Part shown: piece by piece, positions 35,835 to 46,299 of the stretch | How the letters are laid out: the number at the start of each line of letters is the position of its first letter | How positions within the stretch are numbered: position 1 is the stretch's first letter | Assembly (NCBI GenBank): GCA_013115145.1 | Contig: JAAPAO010000010.1 | Location: forward strand, 62,001-126,000 | From: Perkinsus chesapeaki ATCC PRA-425 | Taxonomy: Eukaryota; Protista; Perkinsozoa | Direction of reading: 5' to 3' | DNA length: 64,000 bases | Position numbers and translations under genes: made by a program | Notes under the pieces: model-generated | What the model was told of the DNA's origin: nothing | Database searches by the model: none | What the model saw: the letters and a program-made list of their open reading frames with translations, nothing else

Positions 35835-37421
35835 TATAGCTAGTTATAAGCCTAAGCCTGATCACCCCTACCACTGTATAACGAGACAAGAGTAGCAATC
35901 CAACGAAAGGCATTATTTATTCATGCTCTTCGGCGACCTACCCCGTGATTGGGGCCTCTGGTGTGACGAAGATGCCTTCTGCATTCCAGGAACGAAAACT
36001 CTGCTCTCTTTAACCTGGCATGCATATAAAGCTCGAGGCAGCTGCAACAACAAGCAGCGGCACTGAAGGTTTGACCCTAACCTTAGTCAGCCTCGCCCGT
36101 CTTCCTTTGTCTTCTTCATTTGACTGCATTGCGCCGTCAATTATATCAGACATAACGCGTTGCCGGCCTGAAGACAAGGAGCGGTCACCGTAATGTCCCC
36201 ACTAGCGTGCTCTTCCGCACTGCTGAATCCACAGCCAAGAGTCAGACAAAGACGTTCTTAGTAGACGGAATCCAAAAGTTCCAAGTCTTTACTTTCCTCT
36301 TGGCTGTAAAGCTTGATCGGTAGCAGCGGCCGTGTTCCACGCTCGATACAGGTTATTGTCAGAGAGGAAAAGTCCACGTCACATGAAGGATCTCCGGATG
36401 TGTTGAAGAAACCGACAGCTCCAGAGCCGATGCTCGCTTGGAAAGTAATACGAACCTTGAAGCGACTATTCAGTTCTCACCAACATGCACGAGGGATTCC
36501 TCCTCCTGCATCGGAGGAAATGGGGGCCTTACGTGCCTCACCTTCCTGTTATTGAGAAATGCCACTCCCTGATTTCCCTGCACAAGAATCTCCCATTGTT
36601 CGTCGATCCCTTTTGATGATGAAGGGTAGACAGCGGTAGCTGATGGAGAAACCAAGCGAGGGAAAGCATGTAAATGATTAAGCTTGTTCAGGCCCTCACT
36701 CAGCGGCTTGCACACAAGGTCCCGTCCACCAAGCCGGTAAACTTGGCCGGAGGAGGCTTTGCCTTCCACCCATACCGATAGTCCTTGGACCCCTTGCGAC
36801 TCTTTCGACGAGTGGATCAGTATGCCAGTGTCTGAGGCAGTTGCAAGACTCTACTGTTAAGCCGCGGCCATCGTTAGCAAAGTCCTGCCGTAGTAATGGT
36901 TCCGCAAAGACGACTAACAGGGGAGGACCTTCCCGGGAGGTTCATGGTGGTTGCCGAGCTATGAAGGGGTACAAACTGCTACGCGTGATGTGTCCCACGT
37001 GAACATCTATTTGAGGAGCTCTGCTCATCGTGCGCTAGTGAATAACTGGAAAGGCCCTATTGTTTGTAGCAATGCCTTACTGATTCCTTTCTGAACCTCG
37101 TCAGTTGCGTGCACCCTAAACTTGATAAGATAATGCTTCAACTCTGGACACTTGAGCCAGTAGACTGGTGTGTCGGGCTGTAGCGTGAGGCACCATGGCC
37201 CGAGAACGCACACCTGAAGATTTGCCTTCAAGAAGCATTACCCAGCTTGTGGGTCTCAGCGTATCTACTTCGTTGCCAGCCTTTGTAGTAGGAGCTAGAT
37301 CTTCCTCATGCGATGGACGCTTCATTCGCTGTACGGATGAAAGGCTGATAAAGATACATGGACAGACCTGGATAACAACCAAATATTGAAGTGCCACAGG
37401 ATCAGGAACTCTAGCTTCAGA

Positions 37422-37503
37422 GACAGCGTGTCCGAGTGGTTAAGGAGGTGGACTAGAAATCCACTGGGCTCTGCCCGCGCAGGTTCGAATCCTGCCGCTG
37501 TCG
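37422..37503 (+). tRNA. tRNA-Ser(AGA), identical to 24475-24556
   Basis: 82/82 nt identical to the first copy by direct reading. Confidence 0.97.
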
Positions 37504-38026
37504 AATTATCTGTACGATAAAAAGCTTCTACTAGAAACCTGACGAGCCGTCAGTGACGAGTTACTACGCACCGAGAATACAATGACAACCTAGCATAGTA
37601 ACTTTAAAAAACTACGCCGCAACAGTATGATCGAAACCTCGTATAACTGATAAGCTGGAACGACCGCCATTCCTCTGACGACTTCCGAAGTAGTCATCGA
37701 AGAATCAAAACTCTTCATTCCCGACCGTAAGTTATAATTTTCCAAATCCTTATATTACTAAACTCCCGAAAGCGACTAAGGTAGTAGGACAACAGCAATT
37801 TCGGTAATCCTGTTGTGGCTGCATAAATATATTAGATATCGTTGTTCACTAACAACACAAATCCCTTCTAGTAAAAATACGACTACCAGAATAACGCCTT
37901 ATAACCGTGATTATGTAAAATGATATCAACTTTGATAAACGATAGCACGGTAAGCGCTCATAAGGACACCGATGGTAACAATAAGCAGTTTATTCATCCG
38001 CGAGATTACGTAAGAGTCCCATCTAC

Positions 38027-39151
38027 TCAGCAGGTCACATCCTGCCAGCCGCCACCAGATGGTAGTGGTCTCGGCTGCCAGAGCGGCTTAGTGGGAGTTA
38101 TAATATCATTATCTAATAGTTCTTCTGACTCTGATGATTCGGATTCACCAAGCAACAATGCAACAGACCATTTGCCGCTTCCTTTAAAAATGAGCCTCCC
38201 TGAGCGTTTAGCCTCAAGTGTCACCGGGCAAGGTTTGCCGTTCACAATGAACTCGACAATCTTGAACATTGACCCTGAGTCATCCACACCAAGTACTAGG
38301 GAAATGACGTCACCAACATTCATATCACAGACTCCATCCTGGCACAGTCGCCCTCGATCCCACTTCTTCCCCGTTGTGCTGAAGCCCACAGAATCAGCGC
38401 ACTTCCTGCGAGTGGCTTCCTGCTGAACTCCGGGATACTTCACACGACATAGGCAATCCTCTGCGTTGCACTCAGTGAGCCCAAAACTCAGAATTCTCTC
38501 CAGCTCCGTGATGCGCAAAGTCACCCTACGGGTCTTCAAGTCCTTCTTATCGCCGTTAAGGACCATTTCAATCCCTCGCCATGGAGGTATCTCTCCGCGG
38601 TAGTAAAATGGGTTCGATGATATCCTCCAAAGCCTATCATGCCGAAGCACCTCAACTGCCGCGTCTGTTCTGTAGATTGTGAGCTCGTCTGATGTCACGC
38701 TGTCGATCTCGTTAACATCCGCCGGCTGCCTTGTAGGAGAAACTTGGGGCTCACTCGGCGACCAGACCGCCGAGGGCTTTGCATCGTACCGAGTCTCGGC
38801 TTCCTGCACAGTGTACCGCCTGGCCTTGAAACCCCGGCAGAAGTCGTCAGCAGGACCCAGCAGGGGTCCAGCGCTATAGGGAGCGTCACTAATACGAAGA
38901 TACCCTTGTTGAGTGGAAGTGCTGACTCGAAGGAAGAATGCACCAGAATCACAGAAAAGCATACCGACAGGATTAGCAAGGGAGAGGGACAGCATTGTGT
39001 GAGGAGGCAACTCCACCGCTTCCCTTGTGTGTTGTAAGGCGGGGGCTGGGTAAAGCAAAGCGAGCCTGCGGGTCTGAGAGCAACTAAATAAAATCCAAAG
39101 GAGAATAATGCCTCCAAAAAGGCAGAGTGGAGATTGCCGTGACCAGAACAC
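38027..39151 (-). CDS. Hypothetical protein with C-terminal SPRY-like domain
   Basis: 374-aa ORF. The pattern SFGL...DSVGFSTTGKKW..G...VGDVISLVL...VEFIVNG resembles SPRY/B30.2. It may be the last exon of a longer gene starting at 40356. Confidence 0.5.
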   Translation of the reverse strand: MFWSRQSPLCLFGGIILLWILFSCSQTRRLALLYPAPALQHTREAVELPPHTMLSLSLANPVGMLFCDSGAFFLRVSTSTQQGYLRISDAPYSAGPLLGPADDFCRGFKARRYTVQEAETRYDAKPSAVWSPSEPQVSPTRQPADVNEIDSVTSDELTIYRTDAAVEVLRHDRLWRISSNPFYYRGEIPPWRGIEMVLNGDKKDLKTRRVTLRITELERILSFGLTECNAEDCLCRVKYPGVQQEATRRKCADSVGFSTTGKKWDRGRLCQDGVCDMNVGDVISLVLGVDDSGSMFKIVEFIVNGKPCPVTLEAKRSGRLIFKGSGKWSVALLLGESESSESEELLDNDIITPTKPLWQPRPLPSGGGWQDVTC

Positions 39152-39603
39152 ACAATAGGAAGCGCTTCAAAGATCAATAATCCACTTATAAACCAAAATT
39201 GCACCAGCGAAGAACGCTCTGGTTTTCCTAACCAGATGTAACGCATCTTACCTTTAACGGTATAGCCGAGCAGGCATGCGATGGACTTCTAGATGTCGAG
39301 CTTCCCAGCGACATCGCCTTCAACCGGCACAGGTTCTTAGTGCCGTAGTCTGACAGCTTGAGTATCACGAAGTGCTCTTGTACGTATTCAACCCATCTTG
39401 CCCGGAGATCCTGAAAGGTAACAGCAGCTCTGATAAAGTACCGGAGGCATTGAATTGCATACATGTCAAGAGCCTCCCTCAGGACTGGTATGGCTCTCAA
39501 ACTAATGTATCAGTTAGGAGTAAAGTGAAGCTCGTGTCTCGAGGACCCTCTGTTTTTGTAGTAAAAACCGTAGCATCTACGTTGTGAACCACACCGCGTC
39601 ACA

Positions 39604-40356
39604 TCACACTCTGTGATGTGACGCCCTCTCGAGCCTCGGGAATTCATGGAAGGCCAAAGAGTTACAGATAAAGCAAGGATGGAGAAGTGCTCCTAGCCTC
39701 GTTGAATCTAAGCCACTCACGTAGTCATCAAGGACTGTCATCATTCTCGGATCTTCTCTAACCTTGATAACCTCAGGATTTTCCAGGACCCTAGTCCAAT
39801 GTGGAGTCGCTGGATCCCCCAGGGCTACACCAAAGATAGCTTCACTGAAGAACTCTCCGACCATATCTCTGATAGATGCATTAAAGTTGCCATTTTGCCA
39901 GCCTCCTTCCCTAAGGTCCCATCCATTCTCTCTAAGGGCGCACAATGCCTCGTCGAAGCCCTTCAGAACGGCTCTTTCGCTTTGTTTCATCCAATGCTTC
40001 TCACCAGTAGTATCGAATCGTCTCAAGGTGCTATTTGTCACCAAAAGCCTCTGACCATCACCACAATGGAGAAACAGGTGGTAATGCTGGTTAGCCTCGT
40101 GCCTCGTGGCTGTTGCTTGGACGATGCCCTCGAAGCTTAGAAGCTCATCAACCCAGCGATGATTTGCGACAAACACCTTCCAATCGAAGGAGCGCCCATC
40201 GCCTAGGCTCACTTCGTTATCGAAGGGTATATCAGATGCTTTCGAACCGTTTGTTAGGATGCGCACTGCTTTACAGCACTGCTCCCAGCTGGGCACCATG
40301 TAGGGGTCCGTGATGAACTGACGATAGTTGTCCTTACTTACAACGCTCACTGGCAT
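39604..40356 (-). CDS. Hypothetical protein (250-aa ORF, possibly first exon of a gene continuing to 38027)
   Basis: Long uninterrupted ATG-initiated ORF with protein-like composition. No family recognised. Confidence 0.5.
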   Translation of the reverse strand: MPVSVVSKDNYRQFITDPYMVPSWEQCCKAVRILTNGSKASDIPFDNEVSLGDGRSFDWKVFVANHRWVDELLSFEGIVQATATRHEANQHYHLFLHCGDGQRLLVTNSTLRRFDTTGEKHWMKQSERAVLKGFDEALCALRENGWDLREGGWQNGNFNASIRDMVGEFFSEAIFGVALGDPATPHWTRVLENPEVIKVREDPRMMTVLDDYVSGLDSTRLGALLHPCFICNSLAFHEFPRLERASHHRV

Positions 40357-41062
40357 TATTTGAATAATAAAACTAACGATTAGTTGTAGTATAATTGCCT
40401 TCTTCAGCAGATTTCGATAAAGTTCCCTCAGCGATCACAAACGGTGTGCTTAAAAACAAGTCTGCCGAAAGTCAACCACAATATCTTAAAATTCCGAGGG
40501 GGACTTTACGGGAATTTCCCCAAAAAGCAAATCCAAATTATTGCACGAACTCCTTCACTTTAATGTCGGATTTACGCTTGCAATCACCATCAACATCGCC
40601 ATCTCAATATCACTTCACATTAATAATATCGTAGAGCTTTGCAGCGACATTCCTGATGCTAAATACGAAGTCCTCGTCCTTCTACGGCGGCGGCCGATGG
40701 CTTAGAACTACTCCAATGGAGACACTAGACTAATATGTTGCGATGTGTGAAACAAGCAGCCCTCGAATGGTAGTGGAGATTCCACACTGTGGAACTGTAA
40801 CAAACAACAAATGTAAAGTAAGAAAATATGAGACACGTCTAGTGATGAGAATTCATGAGCAGGCGGTCATGCTTCAAGATATCTTTTCCTCTTTCTTCTG
40901 CTTACGACTTGAAGAGGTATATAAAAGAGTGCCGGACAACACCAATGTGACACCTGTGAGCTTTCCAGGAGTTAGAGCTTCGTCGAACAAATACGCACAT
41001 AGGACCATCTGTACCTACGACAACTACTAGGCGAAAGAAGATCAAATATAGCAGTGACATAC

Positions 41063-41273
41063 CACAGGTGGCCGGAGACGGGGCTGGAATGGGATTTATT
41101 GCACTAAAATTTTTACGACGGATTTGAGTTCTCCAATGTTCTAGGATCTTAAAACTGTATAGCTTAACGTCTGGGGTGACTGCGAAGAAAAAATACAGCA
41201 CGTCTAAAATTTGCGCACTTTTTGCGCGCAAAATGGGGGTCGCAGGCACGAATCCCACCCAGGACATTTTTAA
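41063..41273 (+). repeat. Left terminal inverted repeat (211 bp)
   Basis: Begins CACAGGTGGCCGGAGACGGGG and is the reverse complement of 43478-43688 with 5 substitutions counted by eye. Confidence 0.95.
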
Positions 41274-41529
41274 AAACTCACAATCTCAGTAGCCAAAAGA
41301 CTCCATGGCTGACATATATGATATTATAGAGCCATATCAAGTACCCAGAAAAATCACCAGAGCAGGACCGAGAAAAAAACTCGACCTGTCGGCTGTAGCA
41401 TGAATCGTGTAATAAATAGGTGAGCACCGCCTATGTAATCCGTGCTAGCTCCAACTTGGGAGTGGTGCAACCTCCAAACAGTCTCTCTTTCCTCGCGCTC
41501 AACACCCTCGTTTCCTATTACATCCAATA

Positions 41530-43388
41530 ATGTTTCTGAAGATCCCGGAAAAAATTGTGAAGACGGCTGATCCTCACCATATTGACAACCTTTACCGTGT
41601 TTGCCGCTTCTGCCATAAGCGAGTGACGTCATCGAGGGGTAAACCTGTCGGCTCCCCAGGCAAGAAGACCTGCGACAGGGCTAGCCGTTTTTATAATATC
41701 GACTTTAAGCGCGAGATCACAACCACACTACTACCCAAGATCCTATGCAAGGGTTGCACCCGACGCCTTACCCGGTTTGATTCGCAACCTGATACATACG
41801 AAGCATGGAACAGGGACGAAAGATGCTTCGTTGATGCTCTGGCTTTCGATGCTGACGGAGTGGCTACTCGTAGTAAAGCATGTACACAAGGAACTCCTTG
41901 TAAGGTTTGTCAGATTGTCTCCAATCGTGAGTCGAACCAGTTGCAGGCAAAGCGCTCGGATGCTCGAAAGCCAGGCAGGCCACTGGAGCAGTCTCCACCA
42001 AAACCTATATGCAAGAAGTGTGGTCTAGATTGGTTCGACCACGATAGTGTGACCTGCAGGCGAGTTATGAAGAGACCTGCTCATGCTGCTTTGGCGGGAC
42101 GCCTATTCGGTGAACGAGTGGCGGCTAGAGGCTTTACTAAGCAGCTTGTGCAGGAGCACTTGCGTGACCAGTTCACTTCCGAAGCCGGTGGATTGAGCTG
42201 TTCTACAACGCCTCAGCGCTCTGGTGTGAAGCTCAACAGTCATGAGTATCTAGGTATCACTCCGGCTCGCTACGACAATTCCTCTCCTGGCTTGTACATT
42301 TCTACCGACTCTGCTAGAGACCTGCTAAGGCTAGGTCATCTCGGTCTCGGCAAGAACAGTGCCCGCCGGTTGTGCACTATTCTTGCCCGCGAGGGCATCT
42401 ACTTTCCAAATGGAGGTCTCGAGGCATGCAGAAGCGAGCAATGGGTGGTGTTTGGTCGTATATTCCGCACCGAGGACCTTATCCTCGAAACTGACCGGCA
42501 AGCGGCTTCTTGCAAGGCTTGCAATGCAAGCACCCCTGTCCTTTCTGCTTGTGGTCTAAGGGCACTCGGTGTACTGGGCAGCCTCCGAATGGCAGAACGT
42601 GGGCCCTCCATCAACATCACCTTGCGGACCGTAAGTACAGTGTGGTGAACGAGCCAAGTGTACAGTGGGATGGTTCTCCCATGGAGGTCCTTTCATTGGC
42701 ACCCTTGCATCTGCTTTTGGGTATCACTAATAAGGTGTTCAAGGAGGTGTGTGATCTTGAGTCGGACAGCTCGCTTGCTAAAAAGCAGAAAGCTGCCTTG
42801 CTCAAATATGGTATTAAGCGTTCGGCTTACTTCCAGGGTGATCTTCAAGGCAACGAATGTGCACGCCTTCTAGACGCCGTTGCTAATAATAAGGTCCCTT
42901 TCCTGCGTGGGAAACAGCTGAGGTTGAAGGTGAAATGCTTGCAAAGCTTGAAGGTTGTCAAGGACAAGTGCTTGGGTCTGGTGAGAGTCGATGGTTGGGA
43001 TCGGGCTATTCATGACTTCCGGGAAGCATGGGAAGCGAGCGACTTATCCTGGACACTGAAGGTTCACATACTGTGCGACCATGGCATTGAGTACCTACGG
43101 GATTTCGAGAGCGACAATGCTGCTGGCTTGGGGCTATCTTCCGAGCAGTCCGGCGAGTCATTGCATGCCAGGCTCCAGCGGATCTGGGATATGAGATTTC
43201 GAGTAAACCCCGAGAACCCCCTCTTCGGCTCTCGCCTGACCGACTGCATGGTCGCCTACAACTGGAGCCTGCAGTGGGATGAAGGTGGACGACTGCGACG
43301 CTCAGGCCAGCAAACGTCCAGCAGCGACTGCAACACTACAAGCTGCAGCGGAGTTTCGGGTATGGAGCATCTTTCCGAGCTGTCCTAG
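41530..43388 (+). pseudogene. Chapaev-type DDE transposase split by a frameshift near 42500-42530
   Basis: ORF1 has H-x7-CRxC...ID...P..LCxxC...CxxC and a GRP motif. ORF2 has KHPCPFC, APLHLLLG, GDLQGNEC, TLKVHILCDH and LGLSSEQSGESLH, matching my recollection of Chapaev transposase C-terminal motifs. Confidence 0.8.
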
Positions 43389-43477
43389 CTCCTGTAATTT
43401 TTTTATAACATCTCACAGTTGCTTCGTGATATGTAGTAGCCTCTGAGTTGTCAATAGACCCGGTTTTGGAGGACTTC

Positions 43478-43688
43478 TTAAAAATGTCCTGGGTGGGATT
43501 CGTGCCTGCGACCCCCACTTTGCGCGCAAAAAGTGCGCAAATTTTAGACGTGCTGTATTTTTTCTTCGCAGTCACCCCAGACGTTAAGCTATACAGTTTT
43601 AAGATCCTAGAACATTAGAGAACTCAAATTGGTTGTAAAAATTTTAGTGCAATAAATCCCATTCCAGCCCCGTCTCCGGCCACCTGTG
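43478..43688 (-). repeat. Right terminal inverted repeat (211 bp)
   Basis: Ends CCCCGTCTCCGGCCACCTGTG and is followed by ATAC. Confidence 0.95.
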
Positions 43689-43732
43689 ATACGGGACAAC
43701 TGATTGGTAGGAAAAATATACAACTTCAGTTT

Positions 43733-46200
43733 TCAATGAAAACGCCTGCAACAAAGTTTATATAGGAATGTATACAACATTGCCAGTTCGCTCGAAATGC
43801 ATCTATGCCACACCACATGGAGTAGCATTAATGAGCAGAATGAAAGGAGGCATTGCTTCGGGTTTAGGATACTTACCCCTCCTCTAAGTGCTGACACAAT
43901 GCTATAGGTAACAGTTGATGTAAATGTTACTTGTAGTACAACAGCTAAGTTGAATAGAACAGCCAGTAGAGCTGAAAGAAGGCATTGAGAGACTGACAGC
44001 AGCAGCAGTAGCAGCATTGCTAGTTACTGATTAGAAAGACTCTTATCATATATGAAATGTCAAAGGCGAGGTTTACAAGGGACGATTCGGCGTCAATGTA
44101 GATGAACGGCAGGCCCAAGAGTGTATACCTGATAACACAGAAATCAGTTGAAAGCCACTTCACACTGTACAGGTCATCAGTGTAGTAGGGTTTACAAAAT
44201 GATAGGACTGAAGAGTGATGTTAAGGTAGCTTTCGGGTTCCTTAAGTGGCTCAAACAACGTACCGAATCCCTCACCGAAGGGTCACAACTGCTAACAACG
44301 GCGAGCCGGCCTCAAAAAAGCCACCAACACTCCGTCGAAGCTGCTTTACTTACTGCCAACATCAACATTCTATGTACTCATATGCTACTGAAAGTATAAT
44401 GTGCGATAGTGTAATAACAACCACCACCAGCATCTTGTCTATATAACTAATCTCGATCTATAACGTATCTCTACGATACAGTAGCGCGGTGGAAGAAGTA
44501 CACAATGGCTCTACGATGCATTTCACAGTGCAGTAGATCATCATCCCGCAACTGAAGTGCGCGCCAACGATAACCTCGCCAAATTTCAGGCTAGCAGCTG
44601 TTGCAGCCACCGTTTAACTCACGCAGCATTAGTAATAAACACTGTATCAAGAGGACTCAGGGGCTTTATATTGTCTTTTCCATCATTTCCTTTATTGACA
44701 TCGGCTAACTTAATAACCAATGTGTGCACGGCAGTGACTAGCGAGGCCAGAAAACCCTGAAAATTGAGATAGGCCGATCTTGCAGCATAGATAGTGCCCG
44801 CCGCGGATGGAGCCCAGATGGACGTATGACTCATATAGGGGCAAAGAAAGTCGAAAAAAAGTAGTAAGAGGTTATATTTACATATCGCAACTCAAGCAAC
44901 AATGGCTACTTCCGCGCGAAGATGACAACATAAAAGCCTTCCTGAAACTCCACGGGGAAGATGCATTCAGGGAGAGCTGATAATGCTGTATGAAAGGTGA
45001 TGGCTCCCCGGAGGCTTACAAATAGCGCACCAGTCGCGGACACGCTGATCTTGTCGAACACAACAGTAGACATGAAGCCGGCTGTGACAAGTAGGCATCC
45101 TAGAATCTGATAAAGGATGCGACACGGGCTGTTGGCCACGACATGACCGACTGGCAATCCTGCAGTTGTCTGGGAATGTTTTGGTAGAAAGAGCCAGGAC
45201 AGGACCACCGACATAGGAGTGTTCAGCGCACGCGCCACAACCTGACAGAAGTGCCAGCCGAGAGACAGGCGCTGCGCCTACTTGGAAGCTACTAGCATCA
45301 ACCCGCATCAAGCATAACGAAGCGAAGACCAAGCTCATAGAGTTAACAATACAGAGGTCAAACGACTGATAGAGCAGCTGCTAAAGGCAGCCTCGAAGGG
45401 GATAGTATGGTACTTTAAACAGAGCCTTAACGAACACACTCGGCGATTGGGATACTGTGAGTCCCATTGGAATAGCTTTATCTGAGGAGGATACATTAAC
45501 TGCTGTAACTGTGGTTAGAGCGTACTAGCTGTCAACAGGCAAATAACTGCCAATACTGATTGGAGCCATAAGGACAGGAATGGTACGGCCTGAAAGCTGC
45601 GAGCTGATACACCAAAGATGCCTTCTGCTGCTGGAGCAGTAAATGTAGAGCATGCGAGGAAATACCGTGAACGCATTACCAGAATTGACGTTATAACAGT
45701 GCGTGTTCAACCAGGGAACGCATTAAATCACTGTTATTCATTGTGCGCCGCTCGTTCCCTTGTACATGCGTGCACAGCTAAATCCCCCTGCGAATGTAAG
45801 CTGAATAAGAAGAAGCCTTTGTAGACTCCCTTCTCGCCTTGTGTTCGTCTATATGAACGAGGAACAAGCAACAGCCACTAAATGTCCCCCCTGGAATCTA
45901 TCTTCGGGTTCAAGGAACGTATTATCCATAATATCCACACCGCTACTAGGTGGATCTAAGTGGATCAGGACCAGACTTACATATAGGTCAAGGGTAAGCT
46001 TATTAGCAACAACCATAAGGATGGCACAGGAGGCATAAAAGGAACTAACTCCGACCACTTTAACTTCTTCACCAAGTATACCAGCATTAGATGAACAAGC
46101 TAAACAACTTATAACCATTCTGATCAAAGGGCATTTACTTACCGACTCCCGAAGGCTTTCGGAGCTCTTCTAATGTATTATCCGGATGTGATACTGTCAT
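43733..46200 (-). CDS. Nucleotide-sugar transporter, GDP-fucose transporter (SLC35C1)-like, multi-exon
   Basis: VKVVGVSSFYASCAILMVVANKLTL, ARALNTPMSVVLSWLFL, LGCLLVTAGF, GFLASLVTAVHTLVIK and LQVTFTSTVTYSIVSALRG parallel SLC35C1 motifs (VxxNKxxL, ARSLTT, LQIKxTSPLTH). Confidence 0.6.
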
Positions 46201-46299
46201 TAAAATGGACTGCAGTTAAGAGTTCTACAACACTATGCGGCTTCCAAGGCCTCCTAGGATATTAAACTGTAGAAGATGTAAGAGTGTCCCATTACACAT

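Larger units (their letters stand above)
41063..43688 (+). mobile_element. Chapaev-type (CMC superfamily) cut-and-paste DNA transposon, 2626 bp, probably non-autonomous
   Basis: 211-bp TIRs (206/211 identical), 5'-CAC...GTG-3' termini, a 4-bp direct repeat ATAC on both flanks (41059-41062, 43689-43692), and internal transposase-like ORFs. Confidence 0.9.

Noticed and set aside
35900-37400. Suspected long ORF with read-through or recoded stops between divergent tRNAs
   Set aside because: The frame joining ORFs 37025-37231 and 36470-36769 has about six stops in 85 codons, no fewer than random, and no recognisable domain. Introns or noncoding DNA explain it.
40902-41267. ORFs 40902-41267 and 43336-43575 with protein-like look
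   Set aside because: They run through the transposon TIRs and are incidental reading frames.
41063-43688. Possible RAG/ProtoRAG or Transib transposon (CAC ends, RAG1-N-like domain)
   Set aside because: The TSD is 4 bp, not 5 bp (CATAC vs ATACG do not match), there is no RAG2-like ORF, and the C-terminal motifs fit Chapaev better than the RAG1 core.
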